A DNA stretch of 64,000 nucleotides, taken from Tubiluchus corallicola. Its lineage: Eukaryota > Animalia > Priapulida. The position numbers were made by a program, and so were the translations under genes. Where the stretch lies: the NCBI GenBank assembly GCA_030141605.1, contig JAQGDQ010001025.1:5275-69274 (forward strand), in the 5' to 3' direction. The notes beneath the pieces are model-generated. The model saw nothing but the letters and a program-made list of their open reading frames with translations, ran no database searches and was not told where the DNA came from. Every line of letters starts with the position of its first letter. The first letter of the stretch is position 1. Of the stretch, positions 48,804 to 61,092 are shown piece by piece.

Positions 48804-51800
48804 TCACTCTTGAACAGTTAAACGAGTGTGGTGTTTTTCTTTTAATTCCTGTTGCGTTGGCTTTGGTTTTTTTGAAACATGGGCAGGTAAATCTGGCACA
48901 TTTATGGGGGGGGGGGGGCAAATCAACTTTTAATCTGTGCACTTCCACAACTTTGTTTACTAAATTTATAGCACGACTAGGTTTACTCTGCTGCCGAGAA
49001 CGTAGGTCCCATGTTTTCCTTTTTCTGGAGTAAATGACATCGTGTTTTGTGATCTGTGGATCAACTGGCATTTCTTGGAGACTATTCCAGTGGAGTGCAG
49101 CTAGCAAATGCCTTGCTTTCATTCCTAAAATCAAACGAAATCATGTAAGCTTACCACTCATTGGTTTCTTCTTTCTTAAAATGTCTGATTCAATGTTTAT
49201 GTTAAATCTTCAATTATAATGTAAATTATAAGGATCTTGTGCTATTTCTATTTTTCATACATTGGTCAGCAATAACATATATTATTAATTGTGATGAAGG
49301 CAGTTGAAAACACTGTAAATATATTACTTTGTCATTTTCAGACACGGTTATATGTATCACTTAAATATCCATTGTACTTTAGGCATTTCAGACAAAGTAG
49401 CTAGCTTTCAATCAATATATTTATCTAGAAACAGCTTTGACAACAGTGTGCAGAGTTTTTGAATTAAAATAAACTCTACTTTTCATTTAAATTACACCAT
49501 AATATAAATATTTTCGCTTTTTTTGTGCAAACGTCATGCGACTACTGTACATGAACCCTATAATTGGAAAACATACCTGAATAAGGAAAATGCTGCCGCT
49601 TGCTACAATACTTCAGTACCAAACTGAAAGGAACGCCTCAAGTTCCCCAGTATGGCAAAAGTTTACTAGGTGTGGTAAAGCCTTCATTAAGCTTTTATCC
49701 AAAACAACAGCTTGTAGAGCTTTATGAGGTGGTGACCCTGCCTCTAGCCATGATGTAGTTCTTTCTTCATCTGCTGGCAGCAGCTCATGAGCACATTTGT
49801 GGTACAGCACATCACCAACACAACAATGTTTACTAGATATGTGGTTCAAAGCAGTGGCACATTTCCCTGCACATAATAATGTCAGTATTAATTGAAATTT
49901 AGCTATAATCACCAAATAAGCTACATGAATTAGACTCAATTATTGTGATCTATTATTTAGCTACAGCAAACTAAAAAGAAGGCAGGTTGATGCAATACAC
50001 ATTTCAAGAAAGTGTAGCATCTTGTAACTTTGTAAAAGCTTTTTGTTTTGCATAAACTTAGTTTTTGTTGTGAGTACATTTACAAGTTGCACTTACAGTA
50101 ACTGTAATCTTATCTTCTGTATAGATGACGAGACAACATGCATGTAACCTTCTTAGTTCTAACAGCAGAAGCTGCCGCAACACGTCCATCTTTAGGATTA
50201 CCAAAATTGTCTGCTATTACTAAGATGACACCTGTAAGAAAGCAAACTTTGTATTGCCTGATTTTCTGCCTTGTTTGTAATTTCCCTTTTTAATGCTAAA
50301 ATGCATATTATATTTCTTTGTAGCCATTATGTATGCAGTGCTGTAGAATCTCTTGCTATCACACGATTAATTATCTAAAAACACTATTTTTACTTAAAAT
50401 GATCTTGCTAACATTCAATAATGGTGAAGACTGACTTGCCAATAAGCTCCAGAAAATTGATATTTTTGTCAGTCTAGCAAATTGCCTGAAATGAAGGATG
50501 TTTGCACAGTTATTTCACTCTTGGTGAAACTTTGCATTGTTGTGCAGTTTGCAAAAAAGTTATTAGCTCAAAATCATTTTTACAAGTTTTGTTATGAGGA
50601 GTATGCACAATTGTTAGAACTTTCTGGCAATAAAGAATTATATTTATTAACAAACAATATAGCTATTTAGTACAGGAACACATATCCTTAAATACCTTCA
50701 TGTTGTTGGCCTTTTATTGTAAACAGGTTGATCTATGCCAGCACTATCCAAAAGTCAATTTGCAAACAATGCCCAGAAAGAAAAAAATTGTGCTGATTTA
50801 ACTACAGTCTTTTTCGCAACATAATTAAAATCCTACATCATTTTGCAGTTCAATCATCAAATTTCTATTTTTTTCTTATACAGCGCAGACCAACAGCCAT
50901 TCCAGCACCAGTTTATGGCACACCTGGGCATGTTAGGCATGACCACACATATGCACCGCCTCCACGATCTGCTTCTAAAATGACACGAGTGGCTTCACCT
51001 ATTGCATTAACATTGGTATAACTTGTTATTTTGTTCAGGGAATCGAACTTGGTTGTTGAATGTCACGTGTTAAATTCAAAAGAATGTGCATACATTTGAT
51101 TATAATGTAATGTAGACCTAGTCTGTAGATACATGCCATGGCTTATTTTTCTTCTTTTATTCTTTTTTTATCGGGTTCACATGACAGCTGGGCTTATACA
51201 ATCCTTTGCTTCTCTAACCCACTGCAGTACAATGATTCTTTTATGATAACGATAGTGTATGAAACATAACAATTTAATACAGTACGATGTAATAATTTTG
51301 ATGTCACTGTGTGCTTAGTGTCATTATATTGTACTGAATCTGATACTAATAATAAATAAAAATTTCTAAAAACTTTCTAAATGTCAGTTCACTCAGTTTG
51401 AAGTTTTACTTGCTGTTTTATGTGAATACCTTTAAATATAATAACGTGATTAATTAATCAAACATTAATTGTAATGAATACTTGTTTATAGTTTATACTG
51501 ACCAGTGTTTACAATGTGTTTACACTGTTACTTATTTTTCAGGAGTCCCAACGACCAACAGCTGCATCTGAACTGAGCTATGGAACACCGGGACATATTC
51601 AAATTGAACATTCGTATGCACCAAACATGGAATCATCATCTACATCTGCAGGAGCCGTATCACCTTATCTGAAGGACATGCCATCATCTTCATCCTCTTC
51701 CACACCAGAGTCTGCTTCTGACATAGAGTACAGTCCAAAAAATAGTGAAGAAAGTCATACACAAACACCTGTAAAGCAGGTTAATGGGCAGGAAGGCAAA

Positions 51801-53115
51801 TATATTGTGTTTGAATCCAATCTTATGGAATTATTCAATTTTTGCAAAGTCTGTGGTCTCACTATTGTCTGCAAGGAAACTTCCACATTAGGATCTATGC
51901 TAACTGTTAAAGTGGAGTGTCATGCTGGACACATATATAGTTGGAAGTCACAACCTTTACAACATCAGATGCCAATGAGCAACTTACTAATTACTGCTGC
52001 AGCTACATTATTTACAGGAGCCACTTACTCCATTATACACGATAACGCTAAAGCTATTAATTTGCAACTTTTTTCATAAACAACGTTCCTTAAAATTCTG
52101 AAAAGTCAACTCTTTCCCGTTATTCAAGAAGCTTGGTCTCTTTCACAATATAATGCACTCAATCATCTTCAACAACAAGAAACGCTTATACCTAAGACCA
52201 TAATTGCTGCATTTTCTAGATATTACAGTTATTGGCACAATTGCAGATTATTAGCTATGTTTCATTCAATTGCAAGCATTATTGGTATTCAGTGTTCGCG
52301 CGCTGCATATAAAGTACAAGTGTTTAGTAATATACTACATAGTAGGGTATCACAGATTTAAATAAGACTAGTTTTCTTTTAAAAAATTGTATTCTCCTTA
52401 TTACAGTCAAATTGCTTTAGCTGAAGTTAGAATAGTGTGACTTAAAATACTTTACAGTAACACAATTATTGCTAATATGGTTAAAATTTTTGTATGATGT
52501 TTTTTTCTGATTTTTGTATGATCGGGTTACTGAGACTTACCAATTTTGTTTTGGTTTTTTCTTCACTCTGTGGACTTTCAAGCAGTTTGGCAAGCAATTG
52601 TAAAAAAATATAACCTTTTGTTAAGAATAATTGAGACAAGCTTTTTTCTTGTACAGGTAGAAAGTTTAGGCAATTTTATATCGGTTACAGACAATGTGTA
52701 TAGTGAAGGTAAAATGCACCAGAATACTGTTAGTTTTTTATACATTATTACTTGTAAGCTAAATATTTGTTCTTATACCTCTTTTCTTTCCTTCTCTGCA
52801 ATTCGCTTTTCTGAATGCACACGTCGTTTAATCTTGGGACCATGCTTGAAAACAGTGGGCACTGCATCTTCCTTTAGCTTATTTCTATTATACGGCAAGC
52901 CCATGATCTCATGATACATGCTAGGAACGAAGCAGTCATCGGTGAAATGTTCAGAATAGAGTTTGATCGAGTTCACGTTTTGAAAGTTTTTGCGGCGTAA
53001 ATTACGTAGCCAATGTATTCAAAGTTCAAGCTTGTGAAGCGGAAATCTATGCTACGTTATTTCTGGCCTTGCATTTTTGTGTGTTCAAGTACTCGGGTGC
53101 ATCTTCGTTGGCGTT
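48804..53115 (-). pseudogene. Kolobok-type THAP-domain transposase, pseudogenised, central exons inverted
   Basis: THAP exon ~52779-53115 (HRFP..WLRNLRR..SEHF..LKEDAVPTVF, with stops); exon 49577-49866 (HTGELEAF../KYCSKRQHFPY); last exon 48804-49124 (GMKARHLLAALHWN; frameshift at the G run). Exons 50884-51015 and 51543-~52190 (KYIVFESNL..C..C..C..GH..WKSQP) lie on the plus strand. Confidence 0.85.
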
Positions 53116-55174
53116 TACTAATTAAATGTTAATATATAACACGTGTGATAAATAACTAAATAAGCAAAAATCCTTATAATTAAACTTTATAAACAAAATT
53201 CTGCTTCCGTTTGAACTTCACTGTTTGTAGTATACACAAACAATTGCCATGGTGAGTCGGCAGTATCCAGGTCACGTGACGCGGTAACCAATAGATACCT
53301 TGCATCTTTATTCGTACAGCTCACAGCGCGAAAAAAGCTTCGTGCCAATCTCAAGGCGAACATGTCTGCGTTTCAGCGTTGCACAGCGTTTAAAATCTCC
53401 ACCGAACTTTCGTGTTGATCTGCAAACGTGAGTATTACATACAAATAAGACTTTAGAAATGTGGTATAACTTTTCCACTTAGGCATTTCAAACTCAACAT
53501 GCAACTGGTGTTGAACAAACAGTCATAAAGTTAGCAATATGATATTTAACAGTAGAAATTTTGCATCCTTTCTCAATACTGTCTCTAGATCAACTGAAAC
53601 TTGCATGCCTGAGAGAATAGAGCTGTAATCACATGACCAGAGATTCAAGTTTCTATTGGAAGGTACATCACATTCATGCATACAGACCATAAATGGAAAT
53701 TTCACCTATAGTCTTCAGACTACTAGTTAAACCAAAATCAGTCTACTTGGCTTCTTGATATTATATATTTTTTGAGCCATATACTTATAGTCTATTTAGT
53801 CACGTACTCAAATTTCACTACATATTTTGTTTCCTCCATTTTTCTGCACTAGTTCTTGCGTTGCATAGTATTTTATCATTACGCTTAATTTGACAAGATT
53901 GCATATCTTTGCTTCATTATATTTTGTTTGAGTTTATTATACATATTTTGTTTCTATATATTATAATATAATATATTATATATATTATTGATGTTTTTTT
54001 GGTTTGACTTTTTTCTAGTTTTTTGTTTTAATCGGTTAGTTAAACGCTTTACATATTTTGTTAATCATCATTTCATATTTTTCATTTTATTTCTTTATTG
54101 CATAGCTTACTTAGTTTTTTCACTTTCATGTTTAATGTATCCTCCCATAAATTCATGTTAACAGCAGCACCACAGATTTTTTACAATTTTCACTAACCTG
54201 AGAAGAGTAGCTGACTTGATGACCAATTGGTCTTTCGCTACCCTTTCTCCTGTACCCCCCTTAACTCTTTCCTTTATGCTTAATTTATCCTTTTTAATCA
54301 ATAACTAAAAAATAATAGTCAATTTGTATACAGGTGTAAATGAGGAGATACATAAAAATGTCTATGTCTATGCCTATCATAGCAGAATAAAGATTATTGG
54401 TTTACAGAAAGCTGTGTTATAATTTTTCTCTATTTAAACTTGAATAAGAGAGTTAGAACCAGAATTAAAGCATGAAATTAACAACCTAATAACTCTGAAT
54501 AATGAATATCTATAAAAGCAAAAGGAAAAAATATTTAGAAACAAAAATCAATTTCTGACAAACTTTGTACAATTAGAGTAAAACAACGACTGTAGATGGC
54601 AGCATAGACTAATTCAGTGCTTTAGTGTAGCAGACTGACAATTAAATGGGTCACATAATACTACAATTGCGTACTCAGTACAATAAGCGACATTCTTGAA
54701 TCTTATAAAAAAGCAGTCAAAACACTCATGAGATACAATTTTACACACTCGACTAACTTATCCATCCAATCAAGGCAACCTAACAGCAAAACTACCTACC
54801 CATACATATCAAAAGGCATTGTGCATGAACAGTTCACACATGGCTTCTTACACAATTTTTATGCAACAGTTTCATGATATGTGCTTGTGTCTCTGAGAGG
54901 CATTTATGGCAAATCTTCAAAAGTCTCAGTTGAATTTCATGTAAACCACTGATCTTTATTTCTGCAATATTTAAAAATTAAAATAGAAAAACAAAAGTGA
55001 CTTGACATTGGCTAATTTTATGAAAAGTACATAAGTTTAATTAGATTGACAGTTAATTAATCAATCAAAAATATCAATAAATGAATCAAAATGAAAATTA
55101 AATACACATAAACTTACATCGTTGTGGCTGATAAATTTTGCTAGCTTGCACAAGACAGTGCATTCACATACTAC

Positions 55175-56579
55175 TATCACGACCCTTTTTTTCGATAGAT
55201 TGATCGTATCGTTTCTCTAGCCGTATCGAGTGATCATGAATTAATTTTATAGATTGTGTAGATGTTATAGATGGCCTAGATTCGCTTCCTGTTCCCTTTG
55301 AGGTGATTCTGTCACCTGACTCCGAGGGCTTTAGTTAAGTCTATCAGGCAATGATGCTGTCCTTCAAGACTTTCACTTCGACCTTGCGTTGTGAGTGGAG
55401 GTCTTCTTCCCTCAAGTTATCAAGCGTTGCTCCCGCAATTGAGCTTTTGTTAGTACAATGCGAATCTCTCAAGTTCGTATCTAGGATTTAGTTTTGCTTT
55501 ACTTTGAACGCTCTTAATCATACAAGAACTCGTTATCTACGTTACCACAGTGAATAGAATTTATTCAATTACAGAATACACGTTATCTAGTCTGGATCAC
55601 TTTACAACATTTGCTCTTACGCGCTGGTGGGCGCTTACAATTAGTGTATAGCTCCAGAGAAGATGCTCATTCACTTTAATTGACAACGATTCAGTATGCT
55701 GCACTTATGGTGCTTAATACAATGTGAAACTACAGTTATGCTAGTTATTCTCAGATACAAATAGGTTGAATTCACTTAACCTGTGGATTGACCAAGGTAC
55801 CCATACACTTGGTCAACTCCAGACAGCTTAACGAGACTTCGTTGCTCCAGTACTCAGTCTTTGGCTGAGAACGCAGACTCTTCTACGCTGGTGTCAAACG
55901 ACGCTCCTCTCTTCTAGAAGGCTGTCTCGGACACACTACGGTGGCAATCACTGTCAGACTCTCCCCTTCTCTGTGCGTGCATGTGATCTCGTGTGTGTGT
56001 GTCGCTCTAGTCTAAAACTAGAGTTTATATCTTTGAGAGCTGACCTTGCGAAAGATTGCACCATATGGCAACATCCAATGACACCTGCGGCAGATGATAC
56101 TACCCGTCATGAGACTTCTGATTTTACAATCAGCAAGATGTTCCCTTTAATTCTTTCGCTCTTTGAGATCTTCTTACCGTCGTCGGCAAATCTTCAGATT
56201 TCTCTCTAATGTCGCTGAGCACTGATAGAGACCTTGGCTGCTATCATAAAGTCACTTCTATGCGACATCTAAATCGCTACCGAATTTCTCTTAATTAGCT
56301 TTAACTCTGCATGTAGCTATTCAAGACAATAGTGTCTCTCTTAGACAAGACACCTGTATTCCTACAATTTCCTATACAAGACACCTGCATCTCTATAACA
56401 TGTGTGATAATTTGTGTCGCATTAAATTCGTACTGCCAGCTGGATGAGTTTTTCTGTCAACCGTATAAATTTATCTTATGGAAATCAGGGAGGCGTGAGA
56501 TTTATCAACTGAATCTAATTCAGCTGATAACTCCATTAATTTATTTCCAAAATACCGATTTATAAATTTATTCACAACA
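55175..56579 (-). mobile_element. Solo LTR (1405 bp), Gypsy-like
   Basis: 4-bp TSD CTAC (55171-55174, 56580-56583); the empty site is visible in paralog A at ~42756; related to 31926-33388. Confidence 0.85.
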
Positions 56580-56683
56580 CTACAGAACAACATAACGACA
56601 ACATAACTGAGTCAAAGCCTACACTTTAAATTTTTCAGCTAGATGGAGCCACCTTGGCTAGACTTGGCTAGAGCAGATGAAAA

Positions 56684-57412
56684 ATGAATGTAGACAGTTT
56701 TGTAAAGATGGCATGGGATGAGGAAGTAGTATTTGGAAGGAATAGAAGACGATGTTGTGGTGTGAGGTTAGTGAGATGGATAAGAAAGAAGATCACGAGA
56801 AGGAGGAACAGAGTAGTAAGTGTTGCTTTCGTCTTGTCTGTCTTTTCTTACCAGCTAAACAAACTTATCAGCAGAGGATATAACAAGTTCGTGTTTGATC
56901 TTGTCCTATCCTGGTCTAGCTTATCTTCTACCTTAAATTAATTAACATTACACTAGCAATGGCAATTAAACCTCACAATTCAGCATTGTTATCTTTATCA
57001 TTAGATTAATAATAATTTATTGTCGTTTTTCTTGTCATTATTATTAACTCTTAGCCGACCAAGCGGTTTTATATTACACTAAAGACCAAACGGAGTAATA
57101 AGTTACTCCAGGCAGGTAGTATCTGGTACTTGTGCTTTGTAAAAAATCACGAATGATACTTTTCAACAAAACTGGGGTATGGTTGCATAACAAATCGAAG
57201 AATATTTAATCACTATTAGTTTGAAAATTTTTCGTTGAGGCATCAATACAAAAATGTGAGCAAATGCTCCTGGGGTAATTTTTACTCCACCTTGGTCGCT
57301 TATGGGTTAAGTCATTTACAAACTTTCATTCGTAATTTTTGATCAGGATGTATGTTCGACGTGTAGTGAGGTAATTGGAAAGATCGAAGACAATGATGAT
57401 GAATGGAATACA
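56684..57412 (+). CDS. Unknown small gene, copy C (first two coding exons open; terminal exon not seen)
   Basis: 56684-56815 MNVDSFVKMAWDEEVVFGRNRRRCCGVRLVRWIRKKITRRRNRV, phase-0 intron, 57347-57412 DVCSTCSEVIGKIEDNDDEWNT; homology to copy A stops at 59530. Confidence 0.55.
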
Positions 57413-57889
57413 GTGAGTAGTTCTTTCAGATTCATTTTATAAATAAAAAACACCAAACTGTTCAGACATTTGTTCATTTTGTTGCTGTCTTTGTTATCCA
57501 TCGCTGGGTCCTCGATAAATCAAGTAATTCCCATGACGTCTTTGCAGATGATTGTCAGTTTTCTCAAGGACCTTGGATATATTTAATCGTACCCAACATA
57601 TCAAATTATGCAAGATTATTGTATCTTTTCTAGAAACGGCTTTTCAAACTAAGAATCAATTCATTGTTCATATAAAATCTAGATACAATTATTTTATTAT
57701 AAACTTACTGCAAAACTTGTTTCTTTTGATTTTTTATAATTTCCTTCTTAGCGATATTTTCTCGAGACGTCATTGTTACTGGGCGTACTTCTTTACACGT
57801 GAGTATAGTATGTAACCTTCGGTAACCCTTAATCATTCATGGCTAAGATATTCTTGGATTAATATTAGTTATGTCATTCTCGCAAAAGA

Positions 57890-58797
57890 TACACATACGA
57901 AACATGGTGATGTACACATACGAAACATAGTAATGTACACGTGCGAAACATAGTAATGTACACGTACGAAACATGGTAATGTACACGTGCGAAACATAGT
58001 AATGTACACGTACGAAACATGGTGATGAACATGTCCGAAACATGGTAATGCACACATACGAAACATGGTAATGTACACGTACGAAACATAGTAATGCACA
58101 CATACGAAACATGGTAATGTACACGTACGAAACATGGTAATGTACACGTGCGAAACATAGTAATGCACACATACGAAACATAGTAATGTACACGTACGAA
58201 ACATGGTGATGAACATGTCCGAAACATGGTAATGCACACATACGAAACATGGTAATGTACACGTACGAAACATAGTAATGCACACGTACGAAACATGGTA
58301 ATGTACACGTACGAAACATGGTAATGTACACGTGCGAAACATAGTAATGTACACGTACGAAACATGGTGATGAACATGTCCGAAACATGGTAATGCACAC
58401 ATACGAAACATGGTAATGTACACGTACGAAACATAGTAATGCACACATACGAAACATGGTAATGTACACGTACGAAACATGGTAATGTACACGTGCGAAA
58501 CATAGTAATGCACACATACGAAACATAGTAATGTACACGTACGAAACATGGTGATGAACATGTCCGAAACATGGTAATGCACACATACGAAACATGGTAA
58601 TGTACACGTACGAAACATAGTAATTCACACATACGAAACATGGTAATGTACACGTGCGAAACATAGTAATGTACACGTACGAAACATGGTAATGTACACG
58701 TGCGAAACATGGTAATGTACACGTGCGAAACATGGTGATGAACATGTCCGAAACATAGTAATGCACACATACGAAACATGGTGATGTCCACATACGA
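57890..58797. repeat. 23-bp minisatellite, ~39 copies, with higher-order structure
   Basis: Unit CGAAACAT(G/A)GTAATGTACACGTA; variant GAACATGTCC at 58027, 58211, 58372, 58556 and 58740. Confidence 0.95.
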
Positions 58798-58979
58798 AAT
58801 TCGTCCGAAAATGGTTTTTTAATTCGTATGATAATCTGTTAATTTAATACAAAATGAAAGACAAATTCTTTCTGTAATCATACTAATACGGTAAAATACT
58901 TCAATATCTGTTGGGGTTATATTTGTTTTTTACGCTCGAGTCACAATATTCCTTTGTTTGGGGATTTTGTTTCCTGTGA

Positions 58980-59395
58980 GCTTCGTAGCCCTCTAGCCCT
59001 GTGCTTTGTCACCCTCTGGCCCTGTGCTTCGCGACCCTCTGGCCCTGTGCTTCTCGACCCTCTAGCCCTGTGCTTCGCGACCATCTGACCCTGTGCTTCG
59101 TGACCCTCTGGCCCTGTGCTTCGTGACCCTCTGGCCCTGTGCTTCGTGACCCTCTAGCCCTGTGCTTCATGACTCTGTGGCCCTATGCTGCGTGACCCTC
59201 TGGCCCTGTGCTGCGTGACCCTCTAGCCCTGTGCTTCGTGACCCTCTGGCCCTGTGCTGTGTGACGCTCCGGTTCTGTGCTTTGTGACCTTCTGGCCCTG
59301 TGCATCGTGATCCTCTGGCCGTGTGCTTCGTGACGCTCTGGCCCTGTGCTTCGTGGCTCTCTAGCCCTGTGCTTCGTGACCCTCCAGCCCCGTGC
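58980..59395. repeat. 23-bp minisatellite, ~18 copies
   Basis: Unit CCCTGTGCTTCGTGACCCTCT(G/A)G. Confidence 0.95.
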
Positions 59396-60584
59396 ATGTG
59401 CGAGTTTTTAAAGAAACAAAATGGAAGACTAATAATAAATAAATAAAAATAAAGACCTGGTGTATATCAAGAAGATTCTGCTATAAGCAAAATGTTAATT
59501 AGTAAGTCTCAAGCAGTTTCACATCTGCACTACAGGCACCACATCACATATTCATCTAAAAACTATATCATATAATTATAACGCCATAATTCAACAGTTT
59601 ATCTTCTATAAATATGGTGCTTGGTGCATTTATAATATAAACAAGTGCGGAAGTCAAACGTTCATTCCGAAATGACTGCACAATACAGCACGTTGACAAT
59701 GATTATGTACATCTCTCATGCATGATTATTACTTACAATCCGTAGCAAGAATATGAATGCAAACAATATACTGATAAAACACGATCATCAGCATAGAATA
59801 GATGACTTAGAAACAGCACTTATTAGAGTGGAATAAAACACCATGTAATTTAAATTAAAATGAAAAGACTAGAGATTAATTGATAAAAGTTGTTAGGCAC
59901 ACATAAACTTCAGAGTAGAGTCATACGAAATTTCATTTGGTATGAGTTGTGGCTCATCATACAAGGTTCATAAAGTCATCAAATTTTATTACTAAAAAAA
60001 TTTTCGTGTTGCAGCACGTCTATTTTCTAACACTTTGAATTAGTGTATTCCACTACCTATAGAGAAAATTTATGTTTCTAAAACGACTAATAAGACAATG
60101 TTATGCATGTAGTACACAGCCTTTTTCTAGGGGTGTACAGAAACAATGAAAAACTGTATAGAATAATTAGTACAACATAGGCCTGCCGAAATAATAGAGA
60201 ATCTGTCATGGCCTCACAGTTTAGTATGAAAGTCTCATACACCACAGCCTGCAGTCTGGAGGGTGGTCGAAGCAGTGAGCTGAAAATTCTGTGATTAATT
60301 TATTCAGTTGAACTAAATAACCTGGAAACTGACCAGACCTCAACCCCTCTAAACACATTTGAGCTATCCGGAAAAACAAACCGGAAGCTAAGACGATAAA
60401 AAACATGCCATTGATCACTATTCAACAGATAAGCTTGAGGTATCGATGACATGACGGAGGACATTCAAGTCGCTGCTCCAGCCACATCCTGAAGATTGCT
60501 GGCTGTGCGAAACATACGAGGTTTCCACCCCAAATTTTGCGGGTGTGATAGATTCGCTACTCTTTGGCCAATACAATGGAATTA

Positions 60585-60800
60585 CTACAGATAACATTAA
60601 TACAAAGTGTGACGACCACAGATAAGATTAATACAAAGTGTGACTGCCACAGATAAGATTAATACAAAGTGTGACTGCCACAGATAACATTAATACAAGG
60701 TGTGACTACTACAGGTAACATTAATACAAGGTGTGACTACTGATAACATTGATACAAGGTATGAATAATACAGAAAATATTAATACAAATTTGACTACTA
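60585..60800. repeat. 31-bp tandem repeat, ~7 copies
   Basis: Unit ACAGATAACATTAATACAAAGTGTGACTGCC. Confidence 0.85.
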
Positions 60801-60906
60801 TATACACCTTTTATTATGCCAACTGCGCTTAACGCTGAAATTTCTACCAAAACAAAATGTCTATATTTGCATAGTATGTGTATGTATTAGTGCTATAATG
60901 CCAATC

Positions 60907-61092
60907 TCGCTATAACGGTAACTTCTTTGCAGTCCCAAAGTGGGAGGTATAAAGACCTTTAACTGTATCTGAACATGGCAACAATACTTCTGACATTCCT
61001 CGCTATAACGGCAACTTTTTTGCAGTCCCAAAGTGGGAAGTATAAAGACCTTTAACTGTATCTGAACATGGCAACAATACTCCTGACATTCC
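60907..61092. repeat. 93-bp tandem duplication
   Basis: TCGCTATAACGG at 60907 and 61000. Confidence 0.85.

Larger units (their letters stand above)
38601..53478. mobile_element. Rearranged Kolobok-type DNA transposon (KolX + THAP transposase, tail-to-tail)
   Basis: Imperfect inverted termini 38602-38656 (GAAAAGTTATATCAC..TAATACTCAC.TTGCAGA) and 53419-53475; KolX on plus from the left end, transposase on minus from the right end; right end abuts TTAG. Confidence 0.8.
53479..59530 (+). repeat. Duplicated segment C (paralogous to 41168-44646)
   Basis: Collinear, ~95% identical by eye outside insertions (53760-54378, 55175-56579), minisatellite expansions and exon interiors. Confidence 0.9.

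Noticed and set aside
42815-57412. DGR-style adenine-specific mutagenesis as the cause of exon divergence
   Set aside because: Differences are not adenine-restricted, are enriched at third codon positions, and no template repeat or DGR-type RT is present.
57843-58793. Three long Cys/His-rich ORFs (249-316 aa)
   Set aside because: They arise from a stop-free 23-bp repeat read in all three frames; the paralogous site has under 2 units.
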